DNA of 64,000 nucleotides, taken from Octopus sinensis. Taxonomy: Eukaryota. The stretch spans positions 140,058,001-140,122,000 of the forward strand of contig NC_042997.1 of assembly GCF_006345805.1 (NCBI RefSeq), read 5' to 3'. A model generated the notes under the pieces. It saw only the letters and a program-made list of their open reading frames with translations, was not told the DNA's origin and did not search any database. Below, piece after piece: positions 1-10,689 of the stretch. The position numbers and the translations under genes are program-made. The number at the start of each line of letters is the position of its first letter. Position 1 is the first letter of the stretch.

Positions 1-333
1 ACTAATATAACATACTTATGTCAGCAAAATTACACAAAGAAAACGGAGAATGTGAGCTGCTCAAATGGTGTATTGACTCCAGTACCACATTGCTCAGATG
101 AAAGATTTTATGTAGAAAGCAAACATCTTCGATTCAAATATCAATCAACTCATTATTATGTTTGTGAAAATAATTATTCTTGCAATTTTTTTGGTTACCG
201 TAATTACGGGAAATGTGGTCAAACTTCATGTTATAACAAAAACTGTGTTAGTTTCAGTGTTAACAAAGTATCAAAGCCGTATATGAAGAGATACGATGGA
301 AGTTGTTGCATTATTATGTGTCATGAGAACTAA
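1..333 (+). CDS. Probable terminal coding exon of a Sushi/CCP (SCR)-like cysteine-rich protein, 5' incomplete
   Basis: Frame 1 is open from base 1 to TAA at 331-333. It reads TNITYLCQQNYTKKTENVSCSNGVLTPVPHC (the Y-x-C..Y...C-x-NG...P-x-C pattern of a CCP second half), then RFKYQSTHYYVCENNYSC...CGQTSCYNKNC (a second, looser module). Not repeat-like. Family assignment is by motif recognition only. Confidence 0.55.
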   Translation, partial: TNITYLCQQNYTKKTENVSCSNGVLTPVPHCSDERFYVESKHLRFKYQSTHYYVCENNYSCNFFGYRNYGKCGQTSCYNKNCVSFSVNKVSKPYMKRYDGSCCIIMCHEN

Positions 334-457
334 TATCAAACTACTTTCTATGCATATATAAAACTCACCAGCATTGCTGTTTTAATGCATGAAAAACAAC
401 CCTACTTTGTAATTTCAAGAGGTTTCTGATATTCATTTAATGATATCACTAACTGGT

Positions 458-463
458 AATAAA
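458..463 (+). promoter_or_regulatory. Candidate polyadenylation signal (AATAAA) for the Sushi-like gene
   Basis: AATAAA 125 nt after the stop codon; further AATAAA hexamers occur near 846 and 870. Which one is used cannot be told from sequence. Confidence 0.35.
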
Positions 464-1221
464 GCAACTGAACATTAAAACAATTTTCAATCTTCAATAT
501 AAATATATTCTTCTGAGTATTGTTTCAAGAGCATTCTTCCTCCAGTCAGACACATTTTATCACACTTTCTATTCTATCAGTGAGTGCATTTCAGGAACAT
601 TTCCAGGTGAAACATTTTTCAATGAGTAATTCAACACTGATGAATGGCATACATACATATATACACATGTATAAATTCATTTAAATATTAACCCTTGAGC
701 TTAATGTGTTAAGCTTATCCACAAGTACAAATGAATTTTATACTTTTAATGACTAATTCTGTATGTGTCATTTCAATGACACCTCAAGAATCAATAACTG
801 CATATATTGTTGCATTATATATCAAGATTGATGGGATTGTATTCAAATAAAACAACTGTAAATTGATGTAATAAAAAAACTTGCTCACTCTATTCTTCTT
901 GTTTGTAATCATATGTGTGTATGTGTGTGTGTGTGTGTGTATATATACACATACAATTAATTAATTTTTTTATTAGTCACTATGAGGATATTTAGACCTC
1001 CTATAGGGATATTTTTAACCAAGAAACACTGGTTTAATATATTGTATTTTGAAGAGATATTTCTTCAATGGATATATCATAAAATATCAAATATTATTAT
1101 TAAGTTTGAAAATGGAGAGATTCAATGGATATAAATTGATTTATTAATCAATTATCATCATTGCCTACAATTGTTTCATTTCACATCCAGTTTAAATTAC
1201 AAAATATATATAAATATACAG

Positions 1222-2220
1222 AAATGCCCGACCTAGGAATTCACAGTGCACATCAAGGTAACAATGCGGAACAGGGGCAACCTTAGAATCTCTGAGGCCA
1301 TCCTCATACATCGGATCTAAGCTCAAAATCAGACCCATAGTATCAGGAACTAACAGTCCTTTCTATAAAATTTCTTGGCTCCTCTTTAAACTCCTCAAGC
1401 CCTTATTACACACATTCCCAGACGCGTCAGCAGCTCCCATGAAATCTTCACAAGACTCAAAGATATCGATCCCTCCATACTTAAGACTAACAAATACCCT
1501 TTTAGTTTAGATGTAGTTTCTCTCTACACCTCTGTACCTGCTTTCCTGGCCATTGATATCCTCATAGTCCACATCATGTCCTTATCTCCCCCACTTCTCC
1601 ATGCCCCTACCTTCCATATCATCTCTACCTCCCTCCCCTTCAACCTCATCTTCCCTATCTACCCTTCATCTTCTCTCACCTCCCCAACCATCAACCTCCA
1701 GCTCTTTGGCCTTACACCCTCAAACATATAAGAGTTACTAACCATTATAGTTGGTAACACCTACTTCCAATATAATGGTGTGATTTACAAACAGACTTTT
1801 GCCCTACCTACGGAATCTAACCTTTCAGGCCTGCTGGCCATCACGTACATAGATAAGCTAGAATGCACAGCACTCAACACTTGCTGCTCATGCATCTTCT
1901 TCTCCAGGTACATTGATGACATCCTTATCATCACATCCTCCAGGGAGAGGCCATTAATATACACTGGACCTTCAATAACACTGACATAAACATCAGCTTT
2001 GAGATTGAACATCCAGACGAATATGGAACTCTCTCTCTCTACTCGACTTTCAATTCAAGATCACAGAGGAAGGCTCCATATTTACCAAATTCTACAAAAA
2101 AGCTGCTAATAGAAAACTTTTAATCCACAACCAATCAGCATTACCAGTCAGAGCCAAAGCTGCATATGTGAGAAATGAGATTGCACATATAAACAACAAT
2201 TGCAGCAACATGACTGTAAA
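1222..2220 (+). mobile_element. Penelope-like element (PLE) reverse transcriptase fragment, degenerate
   Basis: Broken frames give IRPIVSGTNSPFYKISWLLFKLLKPLL, SLDVVSLYTSVP, YFQYNGVIYKQTF-LP and FFSRYIDDIL (PLE RT motifs with YxDD). A pyrimidine-rich stretch at ~1590-1690 interrupts it. Confidence 0.85.
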
Positions 2221-2543
2221 TGGTATATTACATCATATTTATTTGGTTATTTTAATTTTTATTGTTAAATAAATGTATCTATTTATTTGTTTATTGTATA
2301 TTTATTGTTTATGTCATGTTTAATGAGATAGGTTTTTTTTACAACGCTAGATAGTAAGTTTAAAATTTCTTTTAACTGGTTTTCATCAATAAGGTAAGTC
2401 ATGATTTTGCTTTATATTAATATTGTTAAATTTTATTGAATTATTTACTGTTAATATACATATATTTATATATTTATTGTTTTATTATAATATCTAAATT
2501 CATTTATGTTATTTTTTTGATCTGAAGAAGGACTAAATATTTT

Positions 2544-3550
2544 ATGCCAATTTAAAGAATGCCACAGTACTGAAATATGCAGACGACATCAAGCTGTAAC
2601 TTGAAATCAAGAGGGCAGATCCTGATGTCTACGACTCTTTCCTGCAATCAGACCTGGACACAATGCAGCAATGGTTCACAGACTGGCAACTGAAACTGGC
2701 TGTGGACAAGTGTACCACCATGCATTTTGGGAGAAAAAACTCTGCGTCCACATACTCCCTCCACAACACTGATATCAAGAAATCCTCTTGCGAGCGTGAC
2801 CTAGGCATCACTGTCAGCAGTGATTTGCGTTGGACAAAGCATATCTCTAAAATTGTCAAGAAGGCCAAAGGTGTCTTGGCATCACTCAGCAAAACTTTTG
2901 TTAGCCGCTCTCCAGCCATCTATTTAAAGCTGTATACAGCTATGGTACGACCACACTTGGAATTCGCATCATCAGTTTGGAACCCCTATCTTGCTCAGAA
3001 CATTGACCTCCTGGAATCTGTTCAGAGACGTGCAACCAAACGCATACCCTCCATTAGACACCTACCATACTCTGAGCACCTTGTTTCCCTGGGCATGGAT
3101 TCACTGAAGCTCCGGCGTCTGGCGATGGACTTGGTAAACACCCACAAAGTTATCAACCACCACACCAACAACAACACTGAACACCTTTTTGATCTTCATG
3201 TGTCCAACACACGTGGACATGCCTACAAAGTCAGAAAACAGCACAGCTCCCATGACTTTCGGAAACATTTTTTCACGCTCAGAGTTGCTGAAGCATGGAA
3301 CAAACTGCCTGCGTCAGTTGTTGACTGCCATGACACTGCATCCTTTAAGGCCCTCATGCTTTCCGAAATCCGCCAAAACTACACCTTATTGTCCCCCTTC
3401 CATACTCATACACATATGTGTATGTCATGACTCATGCACTGTTCTTTTCCTGACACTTGTACATTACCCTATGTACTATACATACACTTTAGATGAGTTG
3501 TAGTGCACCTGAGCACTGTACACAATGTTTTATTATATTATTATTATTAT
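2544..3550 (+). mobile_element. CR1-type (Jockey group) LINE, 5'-truncated 3' end, copy 1
   Basis: KYADDIKL*, QSDLDTMQQW..W.LKL..DKC..MHFG, LYTAMVRPHLEFASSVWNP, LESVQRRATK and FFTLRVAEAWN. Also a 3' stem-loop AGTGC-acctga-GCACT and a (TAT)n tail. Confidence 0.92.
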
Positions 3551-3769
3551 AAAACTGAATTATTATTATAAAACTGAATTAGTATTAAATTTTAATATTA
3601 TCGATTTATATATTTAGTCATGAAATGTGCGTAGTCAAGTTAATGTTTGATTTGTTATGAGATTTTTAGAATAATAATTATAAGATATTTAATTAATTTC
3701 TATGTGGTTATTATAGATAATGTCTTTTCACTATTGATAGAATTGCTAAATAGTGGTTTGTCTCTAAAT

Positions 3770-3772
3770 TAT

Positions 3773-3804
<32 letters not shown>

Positions 3805-3892
3805 TTATATGTATATAGTATATATTTGTATATATAATATATATGTGTATATAATATATGTATATATATATATAATATATATATATATATAA
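3770..3892. repeat. (CA)n/(TA)n compound microsatellite
   Basis: Direct inspection. Confidence 0.9.
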
Positions 3893-4068
3893 TCAATAAT
3901 AAAAGAGTAGAATTAATTAATTATTAATTAATAATTTTACCAAGTAGTGTTCAGTATGTAAAAAGACCATTTACTGTATATTTAAAACATTACGTTATAT
4001 AATTAGGGTTCAGTTAAAAAATTTACTTTACCACACACCGAACTTTTAGAAATAGCAGCCAAAAAATT

Positions 4069-4176
4069 TAGCTATTTCTTCTACTATAAGAAAAGTCTCC
4101 CAGACAATGTATACTCAAAACTATTTTTGAGTATACATTGTCTGGGAAACTTTTCTTTTAGTAGAGGAAATAGCTA
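4069..4176. repeat. Inverted repeat (hairpin), ~52-bp arms, ~4-nt loop
   Basis: tagctatttcttctactataagaaaagtctcccagacaatgtatactcaaaa - ctat - ttttgagtatacattgtctgggaaacttttcttttagtagaggaaatagcta. Confidence 0.9.
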
Positions 4177-4285
4177 AGGAAAGTACCACATGGTTGTTGA
4201 AAGTGCTAGAAACAATAGCAAAATTTCCCTTAAATCACACATCTTTACATCTGAAAACTGCTTTGAAATTATAAACAAAATTATA

Positions 4286-4464
4286 GGCGTAGGAGTGGCT
4301 GTGTGGTAAGTAGCTTGCTTACCAACCGCATGGTTTGGGGTTCAGTCCCACTGCGTGGTACCTTGGGCAAGTGTCTTCTACTATAGCCTCGAGCTGACCA
4401 AAGCCTTGTGAGTGGATTTGGTAGACGGAAACTGAAAGAAGCCTGTCGTATGTATGTATGTATG

Positions 4465-4520
<56 letters not shown>

Positions 4521-4773
4521 GTGTGTGTGTGTGTGTGTGTATGTATGTGTGTATACGTTTGTGTGTCTGTGTCTGTCCCCCAACATCACTTCACAACCGA
4601 TGCTGGTGTGTTTACGTCCCCGTAACTTAGCGGTTTGGCAAAATAGACTGATAGAATAAGTACTAGGCTTACAAAGAACAAGTCCTGGGGTCGATTTGCT
4701 TGACTAAAGGTGGTGCTCCAGCATGGCCACAGTCAAATGACTGAAACAAGTAAAAGAGAGAAAGAGTAAGAGT
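4286..4773 (+). mobile_element. tRNA-derived SINE, family A (full length)
   Basis: Head ggcgtaggagtggctgtgtggtaag...GGTTCAGTCCC (A/B-box-like), body ccttgggcaagtgtcttctactatagcc, internal (TA)/(TG) microsatellite and tail gactgaaacaagtaaaagag. Many copies in this window. Confidence 0.9.
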
Positions 4774-4957
4774 AGAAACAAATTACAGAAAATTATGATT
4801 AAAAACAATTCCGGAAAAAAAAAAGAAAAAGAAAAAATTTCAGGATTTAGAGGGGAGGAAACATTGAAAAAAAACAAAAAAACTTCACTACTGTTTTTAA
4901 ATTGTATTTCATTTTTTTGTTTGAAAATAAAGTAAGTGGGAAGTGTAATGGTGATTA

Positions 4958-5060
4958 ATGATGCATTGTTGCCTTCATTGAACTCATAAAGCAAAATATG
5001 CCAAATATGCTCCTTTGTCAATTCTATTATAGCTTTGAAAAAGTAACTGTTAAAATCCAA
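4958..5060 (-). mobile_element. Short mariner 5' fragment (same family as 15.5 kb and 54.8 kb copies)
   Basis: Matches 16500-16620 and the reverse complement of 54960-55060. Confidence 0.7.
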
Positions 5061-5387
5061 AAAACCCCAAAAAACCCCAGCATATTCAATCAATCTTGAA
5101 GTTCAGACTTGTCTAAAGTTTTAGGGAAAATATAAAAAGACAAAAGATATGAATGTCGTAAAAAGATAAATTTTAACAATTACCATCTCTTGTGTGTGTC
5201 ACATGTATATAAGGATATACATATATATTCATATTCATATGTACATATGTATAAATACACATACAGGCACATGCATATACATGTATCTATACACATGTAT
5301 ATATATATGGGTATATACATTCCTGTATATGCAAACACACAATGTACACACATATATAAACACATTCACACACAGTACAATCATATA

Positions 5388-6245
5388 TGAGGGGGTATCA
5401 AAAAGTTTCTGGACTAGTTCTGTTGTGCACCAACAGATAGCACCACAGTTGTGTGCACAGTGAGAGCTAGGAGTGACCTTCATGAGGCAGTGTTCCGAGT
5501 GACATCACTGTTTACTTTATAAGTTGTGAAAAATTTGTGTATGCTGTGGTCTGTTATTTTGCCATGGACAGGAACAATGAGCCAACATGAAATTTTCTGT
5601 TAAACATGGTAAGCCTGCTACAGAGACATTGAGCATGCTTTGCCAAGCTTACAGCCACAAGGTAATGGGTTATATGCAATGTTTTGAGTGGCATGAGTGC
5701 TTCACCAGTAGAAGAATGTCCCTGGAAGATGATGGGTGATCTGGAAAACCTGTCATGAGAGTCACCTCCTGGAAATGTGGTATTGTACATCAAGAATCCA
5801 TCTTCCAGGGCCAGACCATCAGTCAAGAGTTCTACTGTGCTGTTTTGAAGCATCTGAGGGAGAACATTGGGCAAAAGCAACTGGATCTGTGGAGCACAAA
5901 GAATTGGATTCTTCATGATGACAGTACACCCTATGACTGAGTTCTCCTCACACATGAATTCCTCATCAAAAACAACATGGTTTTGCTTCTGTACCCACCC
6001 TATTTGCCAGATTTAACACCTGTGGACTTCCGTCTCTTCCCCAAGATGAAAATGCAGCTCAACGGTCATCGTTTTGACACCACTGTTGAGATCCAGATCG
6101 AATCACAGAAGGCTCTCAGCTTGCTTACAGAAAATGACTTCTGGGCTGGATTCCAAAAGTGGTAGGAATGCTGGGACTGATGTATTGCTGCACAAGGCGA
6201 CTATTTCAAAGAAGATGATGTTAAAACTTAGATAAATAATTTATT
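5388..6245 (+). mobile_element. Mariner (Tc1/mariner) transposon, second family, internally deleted
   Basis: TA followed by TIR tgagggggtatcaaaaagtttc. Remnant frames include GIVHQE..FQGQTISQEFYCAVLKHLRE, WILHDD, LYPPYLPDLTPVDFRLFPKMK and C-terminal GDYF. Confidence 0.85.
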
Positions 6246-6438
6246 TTTTATCTAACTTCTGCCTGTCTTCCCCCGCCCCCCATTTTCTCTCAAATTTGTT
6301 TATTAAAAATTTTTTTTTTTGCCAAAAATCCCCATTTTTGGATACGGAGGTTCTGGAAAATTGCCCAAAATTGGCATTGTGAAAATGTTTCCCCTGTTTC
6401 CCACCCAACTTCTTCAATTTTGACTTTTTTCTGCAACA

Positions 6439-6575
6439 CTAACCCTAAAACCCTAACCCTAACCTTAACCCTAAAACCCTAAAACCCTAAAATACTAATC
6501 CTAACCTAACCCTAAAACCCTAAAACACTAACCCTAACCCTAACCCTAAAACCCTAACCCTAACTGTAACCCTAA
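6439..6575 (+). repeat. Interstitial telomere-like (CCCTAA/CCCTAAAA)n block within an AT-rich element (~6260-6830)
   Basis: About 20 degenerate CCCTAA units. The flanks show weak inverted similarity (ctgtcttcccccgccccccatttt / aaatgggggtggagatggtaa). Confidence 0.8.
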
Positions 6576-7199
6576 TATTAAAACCATAATTGTAAGTACA
6601 GAAATGTTTTGAAATTTTTGTCCGAATCCTAATGTCCGTATTTTCCCGCATATTCAGAAAAGAAAAAATTCTTAAAAAAAAATTTTACAAAGATTTTTGG
6701 AAATTTTTTTCAGAATCATAATCTCTGTATTTTTCTGCGTATTCTGAAAAAGTTTTTAAAAAATGAAGGAAATGGGGGTGGAGATGGTAATTTAGAAATG
6801 TCGATTTTGCCAATTTTTTTGCAGATTTGTATTCTCCGAAGCTGAAAAGGGGTGGTTTGTGTCAAAAAAAAAAAGTTTAAAAAAAGGGTGGTTGGGGGTG
6901 GGGGAAGGCGGAAGTCTTGCTCATTTTTGTTACTACATTGTATATATATAAATTTTTATACTCACAAATACATATATGATAATAATGCTCATCCATCATT
7001 GTCAACAATGACCAAGAACATCACATGGGAGAAGATGGATCACAGTGCATCCAGTAGAGGTTAATCAGTCCAAAGCATGCTTGGCAGTCTCTACTGTAAG
7101 TCACACAAGTGGGAATGAAGGCAAGGAGTTGGCTCTGGACTTGTGCAGCCCATGACATTTTTTGTGGTCCTGCAATCTTGTTCTGCTCATAGGAAGTGG

Positions 7200-7282
7200 C
7201 ACACACACACACATACACACACACACGCACATACACACAAACACACATGCACACACACACACACCAACACACACACACACAT

Positions 7283-7313
<31 letters not shown>

Positions 7314-7335
7314 CACAACACACACACACACACAC
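7200..7335. repeat. (CA)n microsatellite
   Basis: Direct inspection. Confidence 0.9.
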
Positions 7336-7354
7336 AGTTATATACTATTAATTG

Positions 7355-7735
7355 TTTCAGATATTGGAGTGTGGCCATGCCAGCCATTGCTTTGAAGGGT
7401 TTAGTCAAGCAAACTGTCACCAGGTCTTATTTTTAGGTTAGGTACTTATTCTATTAGATCTCTTTTGCCAAACTGCTAAGTTATGGAGATATAAACAAAC
7501 CAACCAATTATTAAACAGTGTTGGGGAACAAACAAATGCATGCACAGATAGATACAGATATGGATAGATACTAAGGGACTTCCCACTAGTTTCCATACAC
7601 CAATCTCACTTACACAGCACTGAGTGGTTCAGGGCTAATGTAGAAGAGACTTGCCCAAGGTGCTGGGCAGTGGAACTGAACTCAAAGCTCTGTGTTTTCA
7701 AAGAAAGCTTCTTAATGAAACAGCTATGCCTGCAC
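7355..7735 (-). mobile_element. Family A SINE, old and degenerate
   Basis: Reverse-strand matches to ttgcccaaggtg, ggtacttattctat and ttttgccaaactgctaagtta. Confidence 0.7.
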
Positions 7736-9374
7736 TTATCTGCAAGCACATACATATCTCTAAACACACACACACACATCTATAAACAAACACACACGCC
7801 CACACATACATATGAAGAGAAGACTTATGAAGGTGACTAGCAATTTTTTGTGCTTGAAAAATCCCATTTACCAAAGTAAAAATGAAGCCCTAAAGGAATG
7901 TCACCTATGTCTATGTCCTTGCACCCTATCTGTCCCAGATGAGTCCCCACTACCCATTTTCCCAACACTGATCCATCTCACAACTCTTCCTAACAACACT
8001 CTCCCAACTCGTTCTCCTAAAACCCACCCTCCCACAACTCCTCCTCTTTCTGACTATACCACTCATTCAGATGCTGTAATTAAAAGAGTGGAACTGCACA
8101 TGTTTCATCTCCTACTGCTCACCTTCCCTGGAATCACTTTTTTTCTCTTTATCATCCCTTACTTCCTTATTTCCAATGAATGCCTTTCACCTCCCCTTCC
8201 CCTGCAATCCCCTCATTTTGCCAGTGGCAGCCCTCTCATTACATCTCTCTGTCTCACCATTTCCACCCCTATATACCTCTGACTTTGCTCCTAACACTGT
8301 GCATCTCTCCAACTCATCCACCATTCACTTCACATCATCCTAGCTGCCACCTATTACCTCCTTGACGTACACTTACTTCCTCCAACTGATATGTTCACTT
8401 CTCACTGCATTTGCTGTCTCTCTAGCTACCACTCACACCCACGAACTAACTTACTCACCCACACCAATTTATTCATCTTTTTGTGACTCAAGAGCATACC
8501 CTGACACATCCACCATTCACCAGGGCAACCATGTATCTCTCCTACAACAAAACACCTGTTCCTTTGTTTCCTGTCACACTCTAACCTCTCATCACTTGGT
8601 GTAAAGGCATTCCTGCTCAAAACTACTCCCTTCCAATTGAAGGGGCTTGTCTCACTAGTTCCAGTAAAAACAAAAAATATCCAGTATACTTTAGCATTAT
8701 GGTTGGCATCCAACGATAAAACCTTGCCAAAGCAGACATTGGAACTTGATGCAGTCCTTTGACTCACCAGCTCCTGTCAAACCATCCAACCCATGCTAAT
8801 CATAGAAAATGAACATCAACTGGAGGTGATATATGCATATTTTATACATGAGGAAATCACCTAACAAACAGGTTACAAACATTTTCTGAAGGTGTTCAAA
8901 GGACAGCAAGTTTAGTTTATATATGTGAAAGCTATATATTTACAACTTATTTGACTAATTCTGTGCAAAAGCCACAATATACATAATAAGCCTTATTATT
9001 CATATTCACTGCAAAAGTTCCTGAAGAACAATATTTGTTGTATACATATGATGAAGAACAATATTTCTTGTATAGATACTAACATATATTGGTTTTCTGA
9101 ATTTTCAATTTGTCATTTGAAATTATTTGTTTTTGTTCTGCTTAGTTCAAGATAGGCTTAAGTTGAATACAAAATATAGTAGTAGAACAGATGGAATAGA
9201 ATAATAGTGGAATAAGTGTAAATACAAAAAAAACATATAGTGTATTAAATATATATTGATGACACACAGCGTAGTATATATACTGAATAGACTTCAAATG
9301 GCAACCTGTAGGTTATGATGAATATTCCAATTGATCTGATCAATGGAACAACCTGATACACATACCCATAACAT

Positions 9375-9578
9375 AGTTTTCAGGTAAATTTTGCATGACA
9401 CAATGTGACAAGGCTGGCCCTTTGAAATACAAGTACTACTCATTTTTACCAGCTGAGTGAACTGGAGCAACGTGAAATAAAGTGTCATGCTCAAGGACAC
9501 AATGCACTGCTGGGAATCGAACTCACAACCTTACAATCATGAGCCAAATACCCTAACCACTAAACCATGCATCCTCAC
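9375..9578 (-). mobile_element. tRNA-derived SINE, family C
   Basis: Minus strand head gtgaggatgcatggtttagtggttagggtatttggctc...GAGTTCGATTCCC, followed by tgtgtccttgagc. Confidence 0.75.
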
Positions 9579-10378
9579 CAATTTATCAATGACAAAAAGG
9601 AGAAAATTAATTTGATCATCAGAATTTAGAAACACGAAAACATTAGTTGAGCCTTGTGAGACAAAGAAGACAGCAGAACGAACTTTTGAATACAAAAAAA
9701 TAAGCAGAATGACTCTAGCCAGTGGGAAATAATTTAGTGCTTGTGTTGAATAATTTAAAAAAAGAAAAAAACATATGAAGCAGAACAACTTCAACTGCTT
9801 CAAATGACTAAGTGTTACTCACAAAATGTATATATACAAATACACAGTGTATTATATATATTGATTACTGTAAAACTTGTAATGTGTAAGAAAGAGAACA
9901 GGCTATAAAATAAATAGCACTACACAATTTTGTAGACAAAGAACACTACCTGAGCCTAAAGCCCTAATTCTTTGTTGTGTTTCATACTGGAATTCTATAA
10001 AGTGATGTGTAATGTGTTTGCAGGTATCAGTTTAAGTGTTATATCCTAACACCTCCAATATCGTAGTATGGTTGATATTGTCAATGATAGATAAAGAATA
10101 GACTATAACAGTGTTATAACAAAACAAAATAGAAACAGTGGCAGTAACAAACATGCAACAAACCAACAATCAATATTTACAACACACCAACTCGAATTGT
10201 AAACTGTATACGGACTTCGAAGACCAAACTACAAACTGCCAACTACATCAGGCCGCTACTATTTATATGTAGTGGTTCTGTCTATTCTCTTCAGAGGGTG
10301 TTGTACTCTTGCCATAGCATCTTCCCACAATCTCTTGAGATTTCAAGTTCCAAAGAAATAAAGAAATTTTATTTATTA

Positions 10379-10677
10379 CTAGCAGTATCGCCCAGCGTTG
10401 CTCGGGTTTGTAAGGGAAATAACTATATAAGCATTTTTAGAGAGATACTTCCCTTATATAAAACCGAGTAAAAAATTCATTGAAAAAACGAAAAAATGAT
10501 GGTAAATTTTTTTTTAAATCGTAGATGCGCGCTAATACCTAGAAGGGCTCGATATGAATCACGACTATAAGATACCCGCTTTTGGTTAAACTGCACCGCA
10601 AAATGTGGTAGGAGTTAGGAATCTAAATCGGAGTAGACAGACTCCCACACACACAACTTAAGTTTTATATATAAAGA
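10379..10677 (-). mobile_element. Non-autonomous Helitron (299 bp)
   Basis: Minus strand begins TC(TTTATATATAAAAC) and ends with hairpin cccgagcaacgctggg plus CTAG. It sits between A and T and has no TSD. Confidence 0.85.
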
Positions 10678-10689
10678 TTATTATTTAGT

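Noticed and set aside
4286-4360. tRNA genes at SINE heads (also 9500-9578, 20320-20400, 57316-57390)
   Set aside because: A/B boxes are present but there is no complete cloverleaf, and each continues into a repeated SINE body.
6439-6575. Possible true telomere or fusion site
   Set aside because: Short, degenerate, single orientation and embedded in repeat-like flanks; kept only as an interstitial repeat.
7812-8604. Pro/Thr/Leu-rich ORFs
   Set aside because: Pyrimidine-rich, heavily decayed PLE-like or low-complexity sequence with no splice or motif support.
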